A DNA stretch of 24,000 nt from Thermoanaerobacterium sp. DL9XJH110 (lineage in GTDB: Bacteria; Bacillota; Thermosediminibacteria; Thermosediminibacterales; Tepidanaerobacteraceae), in assembly GCF_049310025.1 (NCBI RefSeq), contig NZ_JBJYKD010000002.1, positions 67,351-91,350 on the forward strand, written 5' to 3'. Positions 1 to 8,075 of the stretch are shown here, one piece after another. The position numbers and the translations under genes are program-made. Below the pieces are notes generated by a model. It was not told the origin of the DNA, made no database searches, and saw only the letters and a list, made by a program, of their open reading frames with translations. Numbering within the stretch: position 1 is the first letter of the stretch; each line of letters opens with the position of its first letter.

Positions 1-918
1 CTTTCCAAATATACCAAATGAAGTATTGGCCAAAATATTGCCCAGGATTCTTTCTTCGTGGACAAATACACCTCTCTTTTCTCCCGGCTGGTTTTTTCGA
101 CCCGGCGTTATTGAGATTACTTTAGCCCGTATAATTTCACCTTCACCCACTTCAATGGCCCTGCCCGTATCGGCATCGGATATTATATGGCCCAGCGCAC
201 CGTAAAACCCCGTGCCGGGGTCGTAAAAAGTTAACGTCCCTACTCCTGCCGCGATATCTCTAACCCACAGACCCAACTGGTAAACACCCGTATTACTTTT
301 GACAGCACTGAGTTTGGTTTCAAAGACGCTGTCGTTTCTCTTGACGGAAAGGGTTACAACCCTGTCGCCATCTTCGTTGACCACTTTGGACATATCTTCT
401 GCCTGAAATATTTTTTTATTATTTACCATATATATTACATCGCCGACTTGAATACCGGCTTCCTGGGCAGGGTAATGTCTTTGTCCATTTTGGTCTATTA
501 CCGACGCCAGGCCGACGACTATTACCCCGTTGGGCCTGAGTTTCACTCCGACGGAATGTCCGCCGGGAACCACCCTTATTTCGGGCAATACGTGTACCTG
601 CATTTTTTTAACGGGTATAATTCCCAAAAACCTGAATTCCAGGTTGTAGGTCCCGGTTTTGGAAGAATGCAATATCAGCGGATTTTTCAGGTTAACGGTA
701 AGTCTTTTTTCAGGAGAAAAGCCGTTTATCGTCAAATATCCTTTTTGTCTGCATGATAGATTAAAGGTCAAAGGCACATTTAGCTCAATTCTCTGTTCCC
801 TGCCCTCCAAAATTCGAATCTCAGCGGGAAAGTCATAAAAACTGTAAAAATCAAGGGCAAATGCCGCAATTATTATTCCCAGAGCTATTAAGATGCCCAG
901 GGTTTTTTTGGCTCTCAT
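1..918 (-). CDS. spoIVB: SpoIVB peptidase (S55 family), N-terminal part; the 3' end runs off the window
   Basis: I translated the minus strand by hand from ATG 916-918, and it stays open to position 1: MRAKKTLGILIALGIIIAAF (signal anchor)...GIQVGDVIYMVNNKKI (PDZ-like)...GVGTLTFYDPGTGFYGALGHIISD (SpoIVB catalytic-His region). An in-frame TTG at 927 with GGAG 8 nt upstream is an alternative start. The gene sits directly downstream of recN, as in B. subtilis. It is missing from the ORF track because it is truncated by the window edge. Confidence 0.85.
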   Translation of the reverse strand, partial: MRAKKTLGILIALGIIIAAFALDFYSFYDFPAEIRILEGREQRIELNVPLTFNLSCRQKGYLTINGFSPEKRLTVNLKNPLILHSSKTGTYNLEFRFLGIIPVKKMQVHVLPEIRVVPGGHSVGVKLRPNGVIVVGLASVIDQNGQRHYPAQEAGIQVGDVIYMVNNKKIFQAEDMSKVVNEDGDRVVTLSVKRNDSVFETKLSAVKSNTGVYQLGLWVRDIAAGVGTLTFYDPGTGFYGALGHIISDADTGRAIEVGEGEIIRAKVISITPGRKNQPGEKRGVFVHEERILGNILANTSFGIFGK

Positions 919-1023
919 ATTTTGCAAGATGTTCACTCCCTGTTCTTAATAAAAAATGGGGTCTGAAAAATAAGATAACCTTTCTGTATGTTTTTATACC
1001 GCTGAGGGTAAAGCAAATTTTAC

Positions 1024-1051
1024 AAAAAAAAATAAGCCATAATAGGCTTAT
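1024..1051 (-). terminator. Weak rho-independent terminator after recN, overlapping its stop codon
   Basis: On the minus strand: ATAAGCC-tattat-GGCTTAT (7-bp stem, 1032-1038/1045-1051) followed by a run of about 9 T (A-run 1024-1031 on plus). The stem is short and AT-rich, so confidence is moderate. Confidence 0.5.
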
Positions 1052-2775
1052 CGAGCGTTTTTTATATTGTCGGCCAACTTTAGCATTTCCCTGGCGTGAG
1101 CCAGCGTGTTGCCGGTTATTTCGGCTCCACCCAGCATTCGAGCCAGTTCGTTTACCCTGTCTTGACCCCTGATTTCCGAAACTCTGGTATATGTTTTTCC
1201 TCCCAGAGTTTCCTTTTTTATTAAAAAATGAGCGTCTCCAAGGCTGGCAATTTGCGGGGAGTGGGTTACGCATAATACCTGATGACTTTTTGCTATCCTT
1301 GACAGCTTCTCCCCCACAATCTGAGCTGTCCTTCCACCGATGCCCGCATCAATTTCGTCAAATATAAGGCAGGGTATATTGTCGACTTTCGCCATTATAT
1401 TTTTTAACGCCAGCATTATCCGGGATGCTTCGCCGCCCGAAACAATTTTTGCCAGTGGCTTTAGCGGTTCTCCGGGGTTTGTGGATATTAAAAATTCCAC
1501 CCGGTCAAACCCGTCTCTTGTTATTTTATATCTCCTGCCGTTTACTTCTAACCCCGAATCGTCTTCTTCCCACTTAAAGTTAACTGCAAATTGAATTCCC
1601 TTCATGCCCAGATCCTGTAATTCTTTAGAAATATCGCGTTCCAACCTGGCAGCTGTCTTTTTTCTTGAATTATGCAGGGCTAGAGCCTTCTCAACAAGAG
1701 ATTTGTTGGTAATTTTTAACTCTTCCTCCAATTCTGCGATTTCGTCATCGATATTTAAAACATCATCCAGTCTTGCCGCAGCTTCTTCCTTATACTTCAA
1801 CAACTCCTCAATGCTCATGTTGTACTTTGCCTTTAGCCTGTCCAGCAATTCCAGTCTTGATTGTATCTCGTTTAACATTTCCGGGTCAAATTCCACGGAT
1901 TCCTTGTAATTTCTGATGGCCGACGCTGCGTCCTGGAGCTCGTAAAGCATGTTTCTTAAAGTCTCGGAAAGAGAGTCTGCGGGTTTAAAATATTTTTTTA
2001 TTTCTTCCAGATGGCTTATTATTTTGCCCAGATTATCTATAATCGAAGGGGCTTCATCCCCAACATATAATAAGGAATATGCGAGCTCCAGTGCCGCAAA
2101 AATCTTCCCGGCGTTTTCCAGCACCCGCCTTTTTTCTTCCAGTTCCTCATCTTCACCGGGTGTTAAACGGGCTTTTTCTATTTCGTCTATTTCATATTTT
2201 AATATATCTTTATGTCGGCGGAGTTCCTCGCGTTTTTTAACCAGGTCCTCTACTCTTCCAGCAAAGGTTCGTGACAGTTCATAAATCCGGGTTACATCCT
2301 CTTTTGCCGTTAAAACCTCTTCTCCGCCCAGCAGATCAAGAAGTTTCATGTGAGTCTCGCTTTCCAGCAGCGATTGATGCTGGTGCTGGCCGTGAATGTC
2401 AATTAAATATCTCCCCAGTTTTTTAAGGACCGAAACCGGTACACTTCTGCCGTTGGCCCTGCAATAGTTCCGGCCCTGTTCGGTTATTTCCCTGGTTATG
2501 ATAATTAAGCCGTCTTCCGCCTCGATTCCATACTCTTTAAGCAAATCCCCCAAGGCTTCGCCGTCGCAATCAAAAACGGCTTCCACCACGGCACTTTGCT
2601 TTCCGGTTCTGATGTATTCGCTGGAGGCCCTTTCCCCGATTATCATATTCACGGCATCTATTATTATTGATTTGCCGGCCCCCGTTTCTCCGGTTAAAAT
2701 ATTCAACCCGCCCTTAAAATCGATCTCCAGGTCATCTATCAAAGCGAAATCTTTGATATGGAGTTTAAGGAGCAT
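1048..2775 (-). CDS. recN: DNA repair protein RecN
   Basis: 575-aa ORF with Walker A GETGAGKS near the N-terminus, a long coiled-coil middle, and the C-terminal SMC signature VSGGEASRIMLALK plus Walker B LIFDEIDAGIGG. GGAGG lies upstream of ATG 2775. Confidence 0.97.
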   Translation of the reverse strand: MLLKLHIKDFALIDDLEIDFKGGLNILTGETGAGKSIIIDAVNMIIGERASSEYIRTGKQSAVVEAVFDCDGEALGDLLKEYGIEAEDGLIIITREITEQGRNYCRANGRSVPVSVLKKLGRYLIDIHGQHQHQSLLESETHMKLLDLLGGEEVLTAKEDVTRIYELSRTFAGRVEDLVKKREELRRHKDILKYEIDEIEKARLTPGEDEELEEKRRVLENAGKIFAALELAYSLLYVGDEAPSIIDNLGKIISHLEEIKKYFKPADSLSETLRNMLYELQDAASAIRNYKESVEFDPEMLNEIQSRLELLDRLKAKYNMSIEELLKYKEEAAARLDDVLNIDDEIAELEEELKITNKSLVEKALALHNSRKKTAARLERDISKELQDLGMKGIQFAVNFKWEEDDSGLEVNGRRYKITRDGFDRVEFLISTNPGEPLKPLAKIVSGGEASRIMLALKNIMAKVDNIPCLIFDEIDAGIGGRTAQIVGEKLSRIAKSHQVLCVTHSPQIASLGDAHFLIKKETLGGKTYTRVSEIRGQDRVNELARMLGGAEITGNTLAHAREMLKLADNIKNAR

Positions 2776-2787
2776 GGAGCCGCCTCC

Positions 2788-3234
2788 TTATCTCATGATG
2801 TTTTCAAACTTTTCCATTATCTCTTTGACGGCCGCTTTTGACCTGGCTATTACCAATATGGTGTTGTCCCCCGCAATGGTGCCTATTATTTCTCGCCAAT
2901 TGAGGCCGTCAATGGCTTCCGCGGCGGCTGATGCAGTCCCCGACAATGTCTTTATGACGATGAGGTTCTCAGAAGATTCCATGCCTATTATAGATTCTTT
3001 AAACATTCTGAGAAGCTTATCTGAGATAAAAGATGTTCTCTCGGGTTCAGCATAGCAATAATGTTCATTGTCCCTTAAAACTTTTATCAGCCTCAATTCT
3101 TTTATATCCCTGGAGACCGTCGCCTGAGTGACATTGAAGCCCTGTTTTCTAAGTTCTTCGGCCAATTCCTCCTGAGTCTCGATGGGCTTTTCTTTAATTA
3201 TTTCTCTGATTTTCATATGTCTCTTGGCTTTCAA
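2788..3234 (-). CDS. argR: Arginine repressor ArgR/AhrC
   Basis: 148 aa. N-terminal winged helix [30 protein letters not shown]-terminal oligomerisation/arginine-binding motif [14 protein letters not shown] start at 3234 has GGAGGAGGTGG just upstream. Confidence 0.95.
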   Translation of the reverse strand: MKAKRHMKIREIIKEKPIETQEELAEELRKQGFNVTQATVSRDIKELRLIKVLRDNEHYCYAEPERTSFISDKLLRMFKESIIGMESSENLIVIKTLSGTASAAAEAIDGLNWREIIGTIAGDNTILVIARSKAAVKEIMEKFENIMR

Positions 3235-3263
3235 GTATCCACCTCCTCCGGCTTAAAAATTCA

Positions 3264-4127
3264 TCAATCATTGAGACTGCTTTCCGTCAGCTTTTTTCTC
3301 AATACATCATAAAAACTTCTATTTTTTAACCTGATGAGTTTGGTATAGCAATCGGATTTCTTTACTACCACTTCATCGCCGGGAAGCAGTTTATATCCCT
3401 GCTGTCCGTCTACCGTCAGCATGATATCTGGATTTTCAGCCACTACCTGCACTTTTATGATATCATCCTTTGAAAGCACGATAGAACGGCTCTGAAGGGT
3501 ATGGGGGCATATGGGAGTCAGCAACAAGACCTCCACATTTGGATTAATAATAGGGCCTCCGGCGGAGAGGGAATAGGCCGTGGAACCCGTCGGCGTAGAA
3601 ATTATCAAACCGTCTGAAGGATAGGTATCGATATAGGCGCCGTTGGCGGTGGTCTTCAGCCGAACCAGCCTTGCAAAAGGGCCCTTGGTCACCACCACGT
3701 CATTTAAAGCTAGAAATCCGGCCAGCTGGCGGCCTTCCCTAATCACATTGGCTTCAATCATCATCCGCGTATCAATAAAATATTTTTTTGATTTTAACCG
3801 CTCCAGATCAACGTATAAATCTGAAAGCTCTACTTCAGTCAAAAAGCCCAGGTGGCCGATATTGATCCCCAAAATGGGAACGCCGTAAGGCGCAAGCCGC
3901 CTGGCCACATTGAGTAATGTGCCGTCTCCGCCGAGGGTGACGGCCAGATCCACATCTTTTAACGGATCCTCAAAGCCTTTTGACAGATCGGGCATATCTA
4001 TGACTTTCGCAGCTTCTTCCGGCAGCAGTACATCGAACTTGTTCTCCAACAGCCAATGAACGATATTGCGGACGATGCCGGTGGAATTTTTTTTGGACAG
4101 GTTTGGAAATAAGCCCACCTTTGTCAT
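3264..4127 (-). CDS. nadK: NAD kinase
   Basis: 287 aa with the GGDGT motif (TLGGDGTLLN), NIGHLGFL and the STPTGSTAYSLSAGGPI motif. SD AGAGGTGA precedes ATG 4127. The start abuts the stop of the upstream gene (TAAATG). Confidence 0.95.
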   Translation of the reverse strand: MTKVGLFPNLSKKNSTGIVRNIVHWLLENKFDVLLPEEAAKVIDMPDLSKGFEDPLKDVDLAVTLGGDGTLLNVARRLAPYGVPILGINIGHLGFLTEVELSDLYVDLERLKSKKYFIDTRMMIEANVIREGRQLAGFLALNDVVVTKGPFARLVRLKTTANGAYIDTYPSDGLIISTPTGSTAYSLSAGGPIINPNVEVLLLTPICPHTLQSRSIVLSKDDIIKVQVVAENPDIMLTVDGQQGYKLLPGDEVVVKKSDCYTKLIRLKNRSFYDVLRKKLTESSLND

Positions 4128-4649
4128 TTAATCACCTCTTGTCAAAAACCCGACGATAAAACCTAATAACAGGATGCCTGCGTACCACACAAAGCGATGA
4201 AGTGAAATCAAAGTTTTCTTCTCAAGGATGGAGTATTCCACTTTTTTTATTTCTTCATTTTCCATATCCACAAGGAGCAAACCATCGGGCCTGTACACCA
4301 TATAATATTCCAGCAGTTGGCGGCGGGTAGCAGGAAATCTGGGTGAAGGGGCTTTTTCGCCGGTTTTAACTTCCGCCACATAAATCTTATTTCCCTTCTT
4401 TACTATAAAATCCGCCTTTACACTGGCCTTATAAGGTCTACCGTCAACCAGAAGGATATAGGATACCTCCTTTTGGAGGTCAATGACTTCAAAGCCCTGC
4501 TTCTCAAGCAATTTAGCAGCCCTGATTTCACTTTTTTTGGCCTTCCGGATCTTTCTTTTCAGTTTCGCTTTCCGAAGAAGATTTAAAATAACTACTGTAC
4601 AGGCCGCTCCCAGAACAGCCCAGAAAAAGCCCACAGCTACATGATCCAT
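4128..4649 (-). CDS. Hypothetical two-TM membrane protein with a PD-(D/E)xK (RecB/Cas4-like) nuclease-fold core
   Basis: 173 aa with SD AGAGGT 6 nt before ATG 4649. N-terminal TM (VAVGFFWAVLGAACTVVILNLL), then a Lys/Arg-rich stretch. The core reads ...KADFIVKKGNKIYVAEVKTG...TRRQLLEYY, i.e. D, ExK and QxxxY in the canonical order. C-terminal TM (FVWYAGILLLGFIVGFL). The coding call is solid; the function is inferred from the motif pattern only. Confidence 0.8.
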   Translation of the reverse strand: MDHVAVGFFWAVLGAACTVVILNLLRKAKLKRKIRKAKKSEIRAAKLLEKQGFEVIDLQKEVSYILLVDGRPYKASVKADFIVKKGNKIYVAEVKTGEKAPSPRFPATRRQLLEYYMVYRPDGLLLVDMENEEIKKVEYSILEKKTLISLHRFVWYAGILLLGFIVGFLTRGD

Positions 4650-4694
4650 TTCAAACCTCTTTTTTACTATTCTATAAAAAATTTAAAATTCCTC

Positions 4695-5495
4695 TCAAAA
4701 AAGTTCCATATGAGCTTCCCGGACAACCTTTTCTACATCGGGCAGCGAACAGGCCGGGCGTTTCTTAAACCAGGCCAGAAATTCTATATTGCCTTTAGGA
4801 CCTGTAATAGGCGAAAATGTAAGACCCCATACAAAAAAATTTACCTCACCTGCGCTGGAAAAAACGTTTGTTATTGATTTTACATGTAAGTCCCTGTCTT
4901 TGACAACACCCTTTTTCCCCACTTCCTCTTTGCCCACTTCAAATTGAGGTTTAATGAGAGTTATCAGATCTCCGTTGTCTTTTAATAAAGAATAAAACGG
5001 CTCGAATACCTTTGAAAGAGAAATAAAAGACAGGTCTGCGGTAATAACGTCAGCCAGTTCACCTATATCGTCAAACTTCAGATAGCGGGCGTTCTTTCGC
5101 TCCAAAACCATGACACGCGGGTCTTTTCTCAAACGGTAATCCAGCTGCCCGTATCCCACGTCCACCGCGAACACTTTTCTTGCTCCGTGTTTTAAAAGGC
5201 AATCGGTAAACCCCCCTGTAGAAGCTCCGGCATCTATGGCCACTTTTTCTTTAACATCGATACCAAAGGTGGACAGCGCCTTTTCCAATTTCAGGCCACC
5301 CCTGCTGACATAGGGGATGGTTTTCCCCTTGACGGAAATGGAACTTTCCGTGTCGACCATGGTACCGGGTTTATCCACCAGCCTGTCGCCCACATAAACA
5401 TTGCCTGCCATTATTTCCACTTTTGCTTTTTCCCTGCTTGGGAAAAAACCTTTTTTTACCAATAATACATCCAGTCTTTCTTTGCAGCCGTTCAC
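4695..5495 (-). CDS. tlyA: TlyA-family rRNA (cytidine-2'-O)-methyltransferase
   Basis: S4-like N-terminus (RLDVLLVKKGFFPSREKAKVEI) and FtsJ-type SAM motif AIDAGASTGGFTDCLL. The track ORF starts at GTG 5507, inside the SD and overlapping the upstream TGA. I prefer GTG 5495, which has GGAGGTGA about 8 nt upstream. Either start is possible. Confidence 0.9.
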   Translation of the reverse strand: MNGCKERLDVLLVKKGFFPSREKAKVEIMAGNVYVGDRLVDKPGTMVDTESSISVKGKTIPYVSRGGLKLEKALSTFGIDVKEKVAIDAGASTGGFTDCLLKHGARKVFAVDVGYGQLDYRLRKDPRVMVLERKNARYLKFDDIGELADVITADLSFISLSKVFEPFYSLLKDNGDLITLIKPQFEVGKEEVGKKGVVKDRDLHVKSITNVFSSAGEVNFFVWGLTFSPITGPKGNIEFLAWFKKRPACSLPDVEKVVREAHMELF

Positions 5496-5503
5496 CCTAT
5501 AAT

Positions 5504-6151
5504 TCACCTCCTGGACGTATCTCTTTTTCCGCTTATACCGGCAAGGATGTCAAATCCAAGTCGCTGCTTTATCGTGAAAACGACCAGGGCCACGTTATGC
5601 ACAACTTTTTTTGAATTATTTATGGCAATCCCTTTGCCGATGGCCTTGCCGCCTATGGTAAGGGTAGATATAATTCCAGCCATTAAAATGCTCAGTGCCG
5701 TTTCATTTATATGTTTTGCCATTGCAAGAGCCTTTAACACAATTGCCGCCCCCGCCGCGCCGCTCAGGATACCACAGATATCTCCAACCACGTCGTTGCA
5801 GAAATTTGAAACTATGTCGGCGTTTCTTATAAGCTTAACGGCTTCTTTGCCTCCGGGCACCCTGTCGGCCGCCATGGCATGAAACGGTGTTTCGCTGGCT
5901 GAGGTAACGGCTATACCTATTATATCAAAGATTATGCCGATGGCAATTATGACCAGTAAAACGAAAATTGAAATAAATATATTAAATCTATCCATTAACG
6001 TTTCCGATATAAAACTAAAAAAAACGGATAACACAAAAGCCAGCAAGAACACCCTGTATACCCATCTGGCTTTTATGCTCCCGTTATTCTCAAAGTTTTT
6101 TCTCCTATTCGTCATCTCATGTTTATTTTTTTTTCGCGAATCGGAGTTCAA
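5504..6151 (-). CDS. oapA: OapA-like (OLE-associated protein A) four-TM membrane protein
   Basis: The track ORF (262 aa, to 6292) extends into the structured RNA. I trimmed it to TTG 6149-6151, with SD GGAGGG (6158-6163) 6 nt upstream. ATG 6115 is an alternative but has no SD. The protein has a basic N-terminus followed by four hydrophobic helices (WVYRVFLLAFVLSVFFSFI; IFISIFVLLVIIAIGIIFDIIGIAV; VVGDICGILSGAAGAAIVL; ALSILMAGIISTLTIGGKAIG). Its position directly downstream of the OLE-like RNA is the defining context of oapA. Confidence 0.75.
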   Translation of the reverse strand: MNSDSRKKNKHEMTNRRKNFENNGSIKARWVYRVFLLAFVLSVFFSFISETLMDRFNIFISIFVLLVIIAIGIIFDIIGIAVTSASETPFHAMAADRVPGGKEAVKLIRNADIVSNFCNDVVGDICGILSGAAGAAIVLKALAMAKHINETALSILMAGIISTLTIGGKAIGKGIAINNSKKVVHNVALVVFTIKQRLGFDILAGISGKRDTSRR

Positions 6152-6176
6152 ATTTTTCCCTCCGGTATTTTTATCC

Positions 6177-6785
6177 GAAAACAGGTGGTAGTGAATTGAG
6201 TAAATTTTGTGGCTTAGGTCTAGCTGGATTTCCCAGGCAGACATCCCATCGTCGCCGACAGGACGGTTCCCCTTTAAGTCTGCCTCTGCCATGTTGCCAC
6301 TGGCAGGGCTAGATTACCACTTAGTCCACACTGTAATCCTCAATTCACTTCCTTACGGAACAGTCTAGGAGCTTTCCTCACCAAAATCACTCTTCTCCTA
6401 GCCTCTTTTGCAAAAAGGGTTTCAAAGGGTATTCTCCGGAAACTGAATCGGCCAATTCAATTTCCGGCCCAATGCCTTTTTCCACCCTTTCCGCTCAAGG
6501 CAGGCTACACTGCACCCAACATCTAATCGAATGCAGGTTAACCCCCCAAGCCGTAACTCAAAATCAACAATCTTGTGTCACGAACTTGGGTCTCCACGGG
6601 AGTAGGGTCAACGCCTACATGCCATTGTAGATCGCCCCATCTCCCTTACTCCCAGCACCAACCCCCGACTGGGCGTCGGCAGCCAGCACCAGGAACTTCA
6701 TCGATGTGCCCTCGACGGATTTTTAGCCCCGCCTTCAGAGAAGCGATTTTGACTAGAATACTGCACCACCTGTTTTCAAGATTCG
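6177..6785 (-). ncRNA. OLE (ornate, large, extremophilic) RNA candidate, about 600 nt
   Basis: This is a ~650-nt gap in an otherwise tightly packed operon, with no SD-led ORF. A perfect 13-bp long-range helix closes it: 6177-6189 (GAAAACAGGTGGT) is the exact reverse complement of 6765-6777. Nested helices are visible: 6191-6200/6339-6348 (10 bp), 6365-6371/6395-6401 (7 bp), 6436-6442/6461-6467 with inner 6444-6448/6455-6459, and 6598-6607/6643-6653 (10 bp with one bulge). The size and the ispA-RNA-membrane protein-tlyA-nadK-argR-recN context match the published OLE locus. The ends are approximate: the 5' end is inferred from the promoter, the 3' end from the closing helix. Confidence 0.8.
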
Positions 6786-6791
6786 AAGTTT

Positions 6792-6820
6792 ATTATAGCA
6801 CAAAAGATACTCCGCTTCAA
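6792..6820 (-). promoter_or_regulatory. Near-consensus sigma-A promoter with extended -10, driving the OLE-like RNA and oapA
   Basis: Minus strand: TTGAAG (6815-6820), 17-nt spacer, TGcTATAAT (-10 hexamer 6792-6797). The predicted start is near 6785, about 8 nt before the 5' arm of the closing helix. Confidence 0.6.
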
Positions 6821-6949
6821 ATCCCCCGCCGGCCGCTACAAACCAAAAAAGATTGCCTTGCGAGATTAAAGAAGATTATGCACAAGTAATATTCTAAAGC
6901 TATTTATTGATATTTACTTTTAGGCCGCACCGGTTGACAGTAAAATGTT

Positions 6950-7858
6950 CTAGTATTGCCTGCTTACAAAAAAGTCTACCAGCTGTACAAAAAAATCGCT
7001 GTTTTCATACGCCGAAATTAAATCTTTGGCTTCCGCTGAGAGTCTTTCAACCAGTTCAACCGACCTGTCCAAACCGTAAATGTGCGGAAAGGTGCTCTTT
7101 TTGTTTCTCAGATCGCTGCCCACGGGTTTGCCCAGCAGTTTTTCATCACCTTTTAAATCCAGAATATCGTCCACTATTTGAAAAATCAAACCCACCTTCT
7201 CACCATAATCTTCCATGATTTTCAGGTCATCGGCAGACGCTCCCGCCAGCCGGGCGCCGGACCAGAGTGAAACCTGTATCAAACATCCGGTTTTATGAAG
7301 GTCCATATAAAATAATGTTTTTTCATCAATCATCTCACCCGATGACTCTATATCCACCACCTGACCTCCAACCATGCCGTAACTGCCGGCCGCTGTGGAA
7401 ACCTTTTCGATGACGTCTATGACGGCTGACGGAGACACGCCTTCTATATGGGAGTTTTGTGCTATAACCAGAAAGGCATGGGTCAACAGGGCGTCTCCCG
7501 CCAGCAAAGCTATGGCATCCCCAAAGACCTTATGGCAGGTGAGTTTACCCCGCCTGTAATCGTCATTGTCCATCACCGGCAGGTCGTCGTGTATCAGAGA
7601 GTAGGTATGTATCATCTCTATGCCGCAGGCTGTCGGCAGGACCTTTTCATACGGCAAACCGAAAAGCTTTGCCGCCTCGATTACCATGATGGGCCTGATG
7701 CGTTTTCCGCCGGCCATGGCGCTGTACCGCATGGCCCTGTGGATTTTTTGGGGAAAAGTATCTTCTCGCGGAAGGTAGTGGTCCAGGGCGGACTCAATTA
7801 TCCTTGCCTTTTCTGTCAGACTGCGTTCAAATTCATTCAATTTTTTCCTGCCCTCCAT
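6950..7858 (-). CDS. ispA: Farnesyl/geranyl diphosphate synthase (polyprenyl synthetase family)
   Basis: First Asp-rich motif LIHDDLPVMDNDDYRRG, second motif FQIVDDILD, and GGKRIRP near the N-terminus. The start is ambiguous. I chose ATG 7858 (MEGRKKLNEF..., 26-nt overlap with xseB) because the N-terminal length resembles B. subtilis IspA. ATG 7885 (AAGGA 5 nt upstream) is the track start. Confidence 0.92.
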   Translation of the reverse strand: MEGRKKLNEFERSLTEKARIIESALDHYLPREDTFPQKIHRAMRYSAMAGGKRIRPIMVIEAAKLFGLPYEKVLPTACGIEMIHTYSLIHDDLPVMDNDDYRRGKLTCHKVFGDAIALLAGDALLTHAFLVIAQNSHIEGVSPSAVIDVIEKVSTAAGSYGMVGGQVVDIESSGEMIDEKTLFYMDLHKTGCLIQVSLWSGARLAGASADDLKIMEDYGEKVGLIFQIVDDILDLKGDEKLLGKPVGSDLRNKKSTFPHIYGLDRSVELVERLSAEAKDLISAYENSDFFVQLVDFFVSRQY

Positions 7859-8075
7859 CGTAGTCTTTAAATACCAGGTTCCCATTTAAGTCCTTCATAA
7901 GAATCTCAATTTTACCTTCGGCTTCATCCAAAATTTTTGAGCATATCTTTGTCAGTGCTATGCCTTCTTCAAAAAGCGTCAGAGCCTCTTCCAGCGTCAA
8001 ATTCCCTTTTTCCAGCCGTTCAATAATCTGTTCCAGACGATTTATGGCTTCTTCGTATTTATATTTGGATGCCAC
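7833..8075 (-). CDS. xseB: Exodeoxyribonuclease VII small subunit
   Basis: 80 aa with typical XseB helices (YEEAINRLEQIIERLEKGNLTLEEALTLFEEGIAL). It overlaps the 3' end of xseA. Confidence 0.95.
   Translation of the reverse strand: MASKYKYEEAINRLEQIIERLEKGNLTLEEALTLFEEGIALTKICSKILDEAEGKIEILMKDLNGNLVFKDYDGGQEKIE

Noticed and set aside
919-1023. A forespore (sigma-F/G) promoter for spoIVB
   Set aside because: One is expected from B. subtilis biology. I saw only weak partial matches (GTATA...CATACAGA) with poor spacing, which is not enough to call.
851-1273. Minus-strand 140-aa ORF spanning the recN 3' end, the terminator and the spoIVB start
   Set aside because: It is an alternative frame of recN, crosses the terminator hairpin, is Arg/Gly/Asn-rich, and has no SD.
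6152-6292. The N-terminal 47 codons of the 262-aa track ORF (5504..6292, MAEADLKGNRPVGDDG...)
   Set aside because: This part lies inside the base-paired 3' region of the structured RNA (helices 6177-6189 and 6191-6200 and their nested stems). It has no SD and reads as low-complexity sequence. A strong SD plus TTG start is available at 6151.
6575-7218. Plus-strand ORFs 6575..6889 (104 aa) and 6907..7218 (103 aa)
   Set aside because: They are antisense to the structured RNA and to ispA. Both are rich in Pro/Arg/Ser/Cys, as expected for non-coding frames, and neither has an SD or any recognisable motif.
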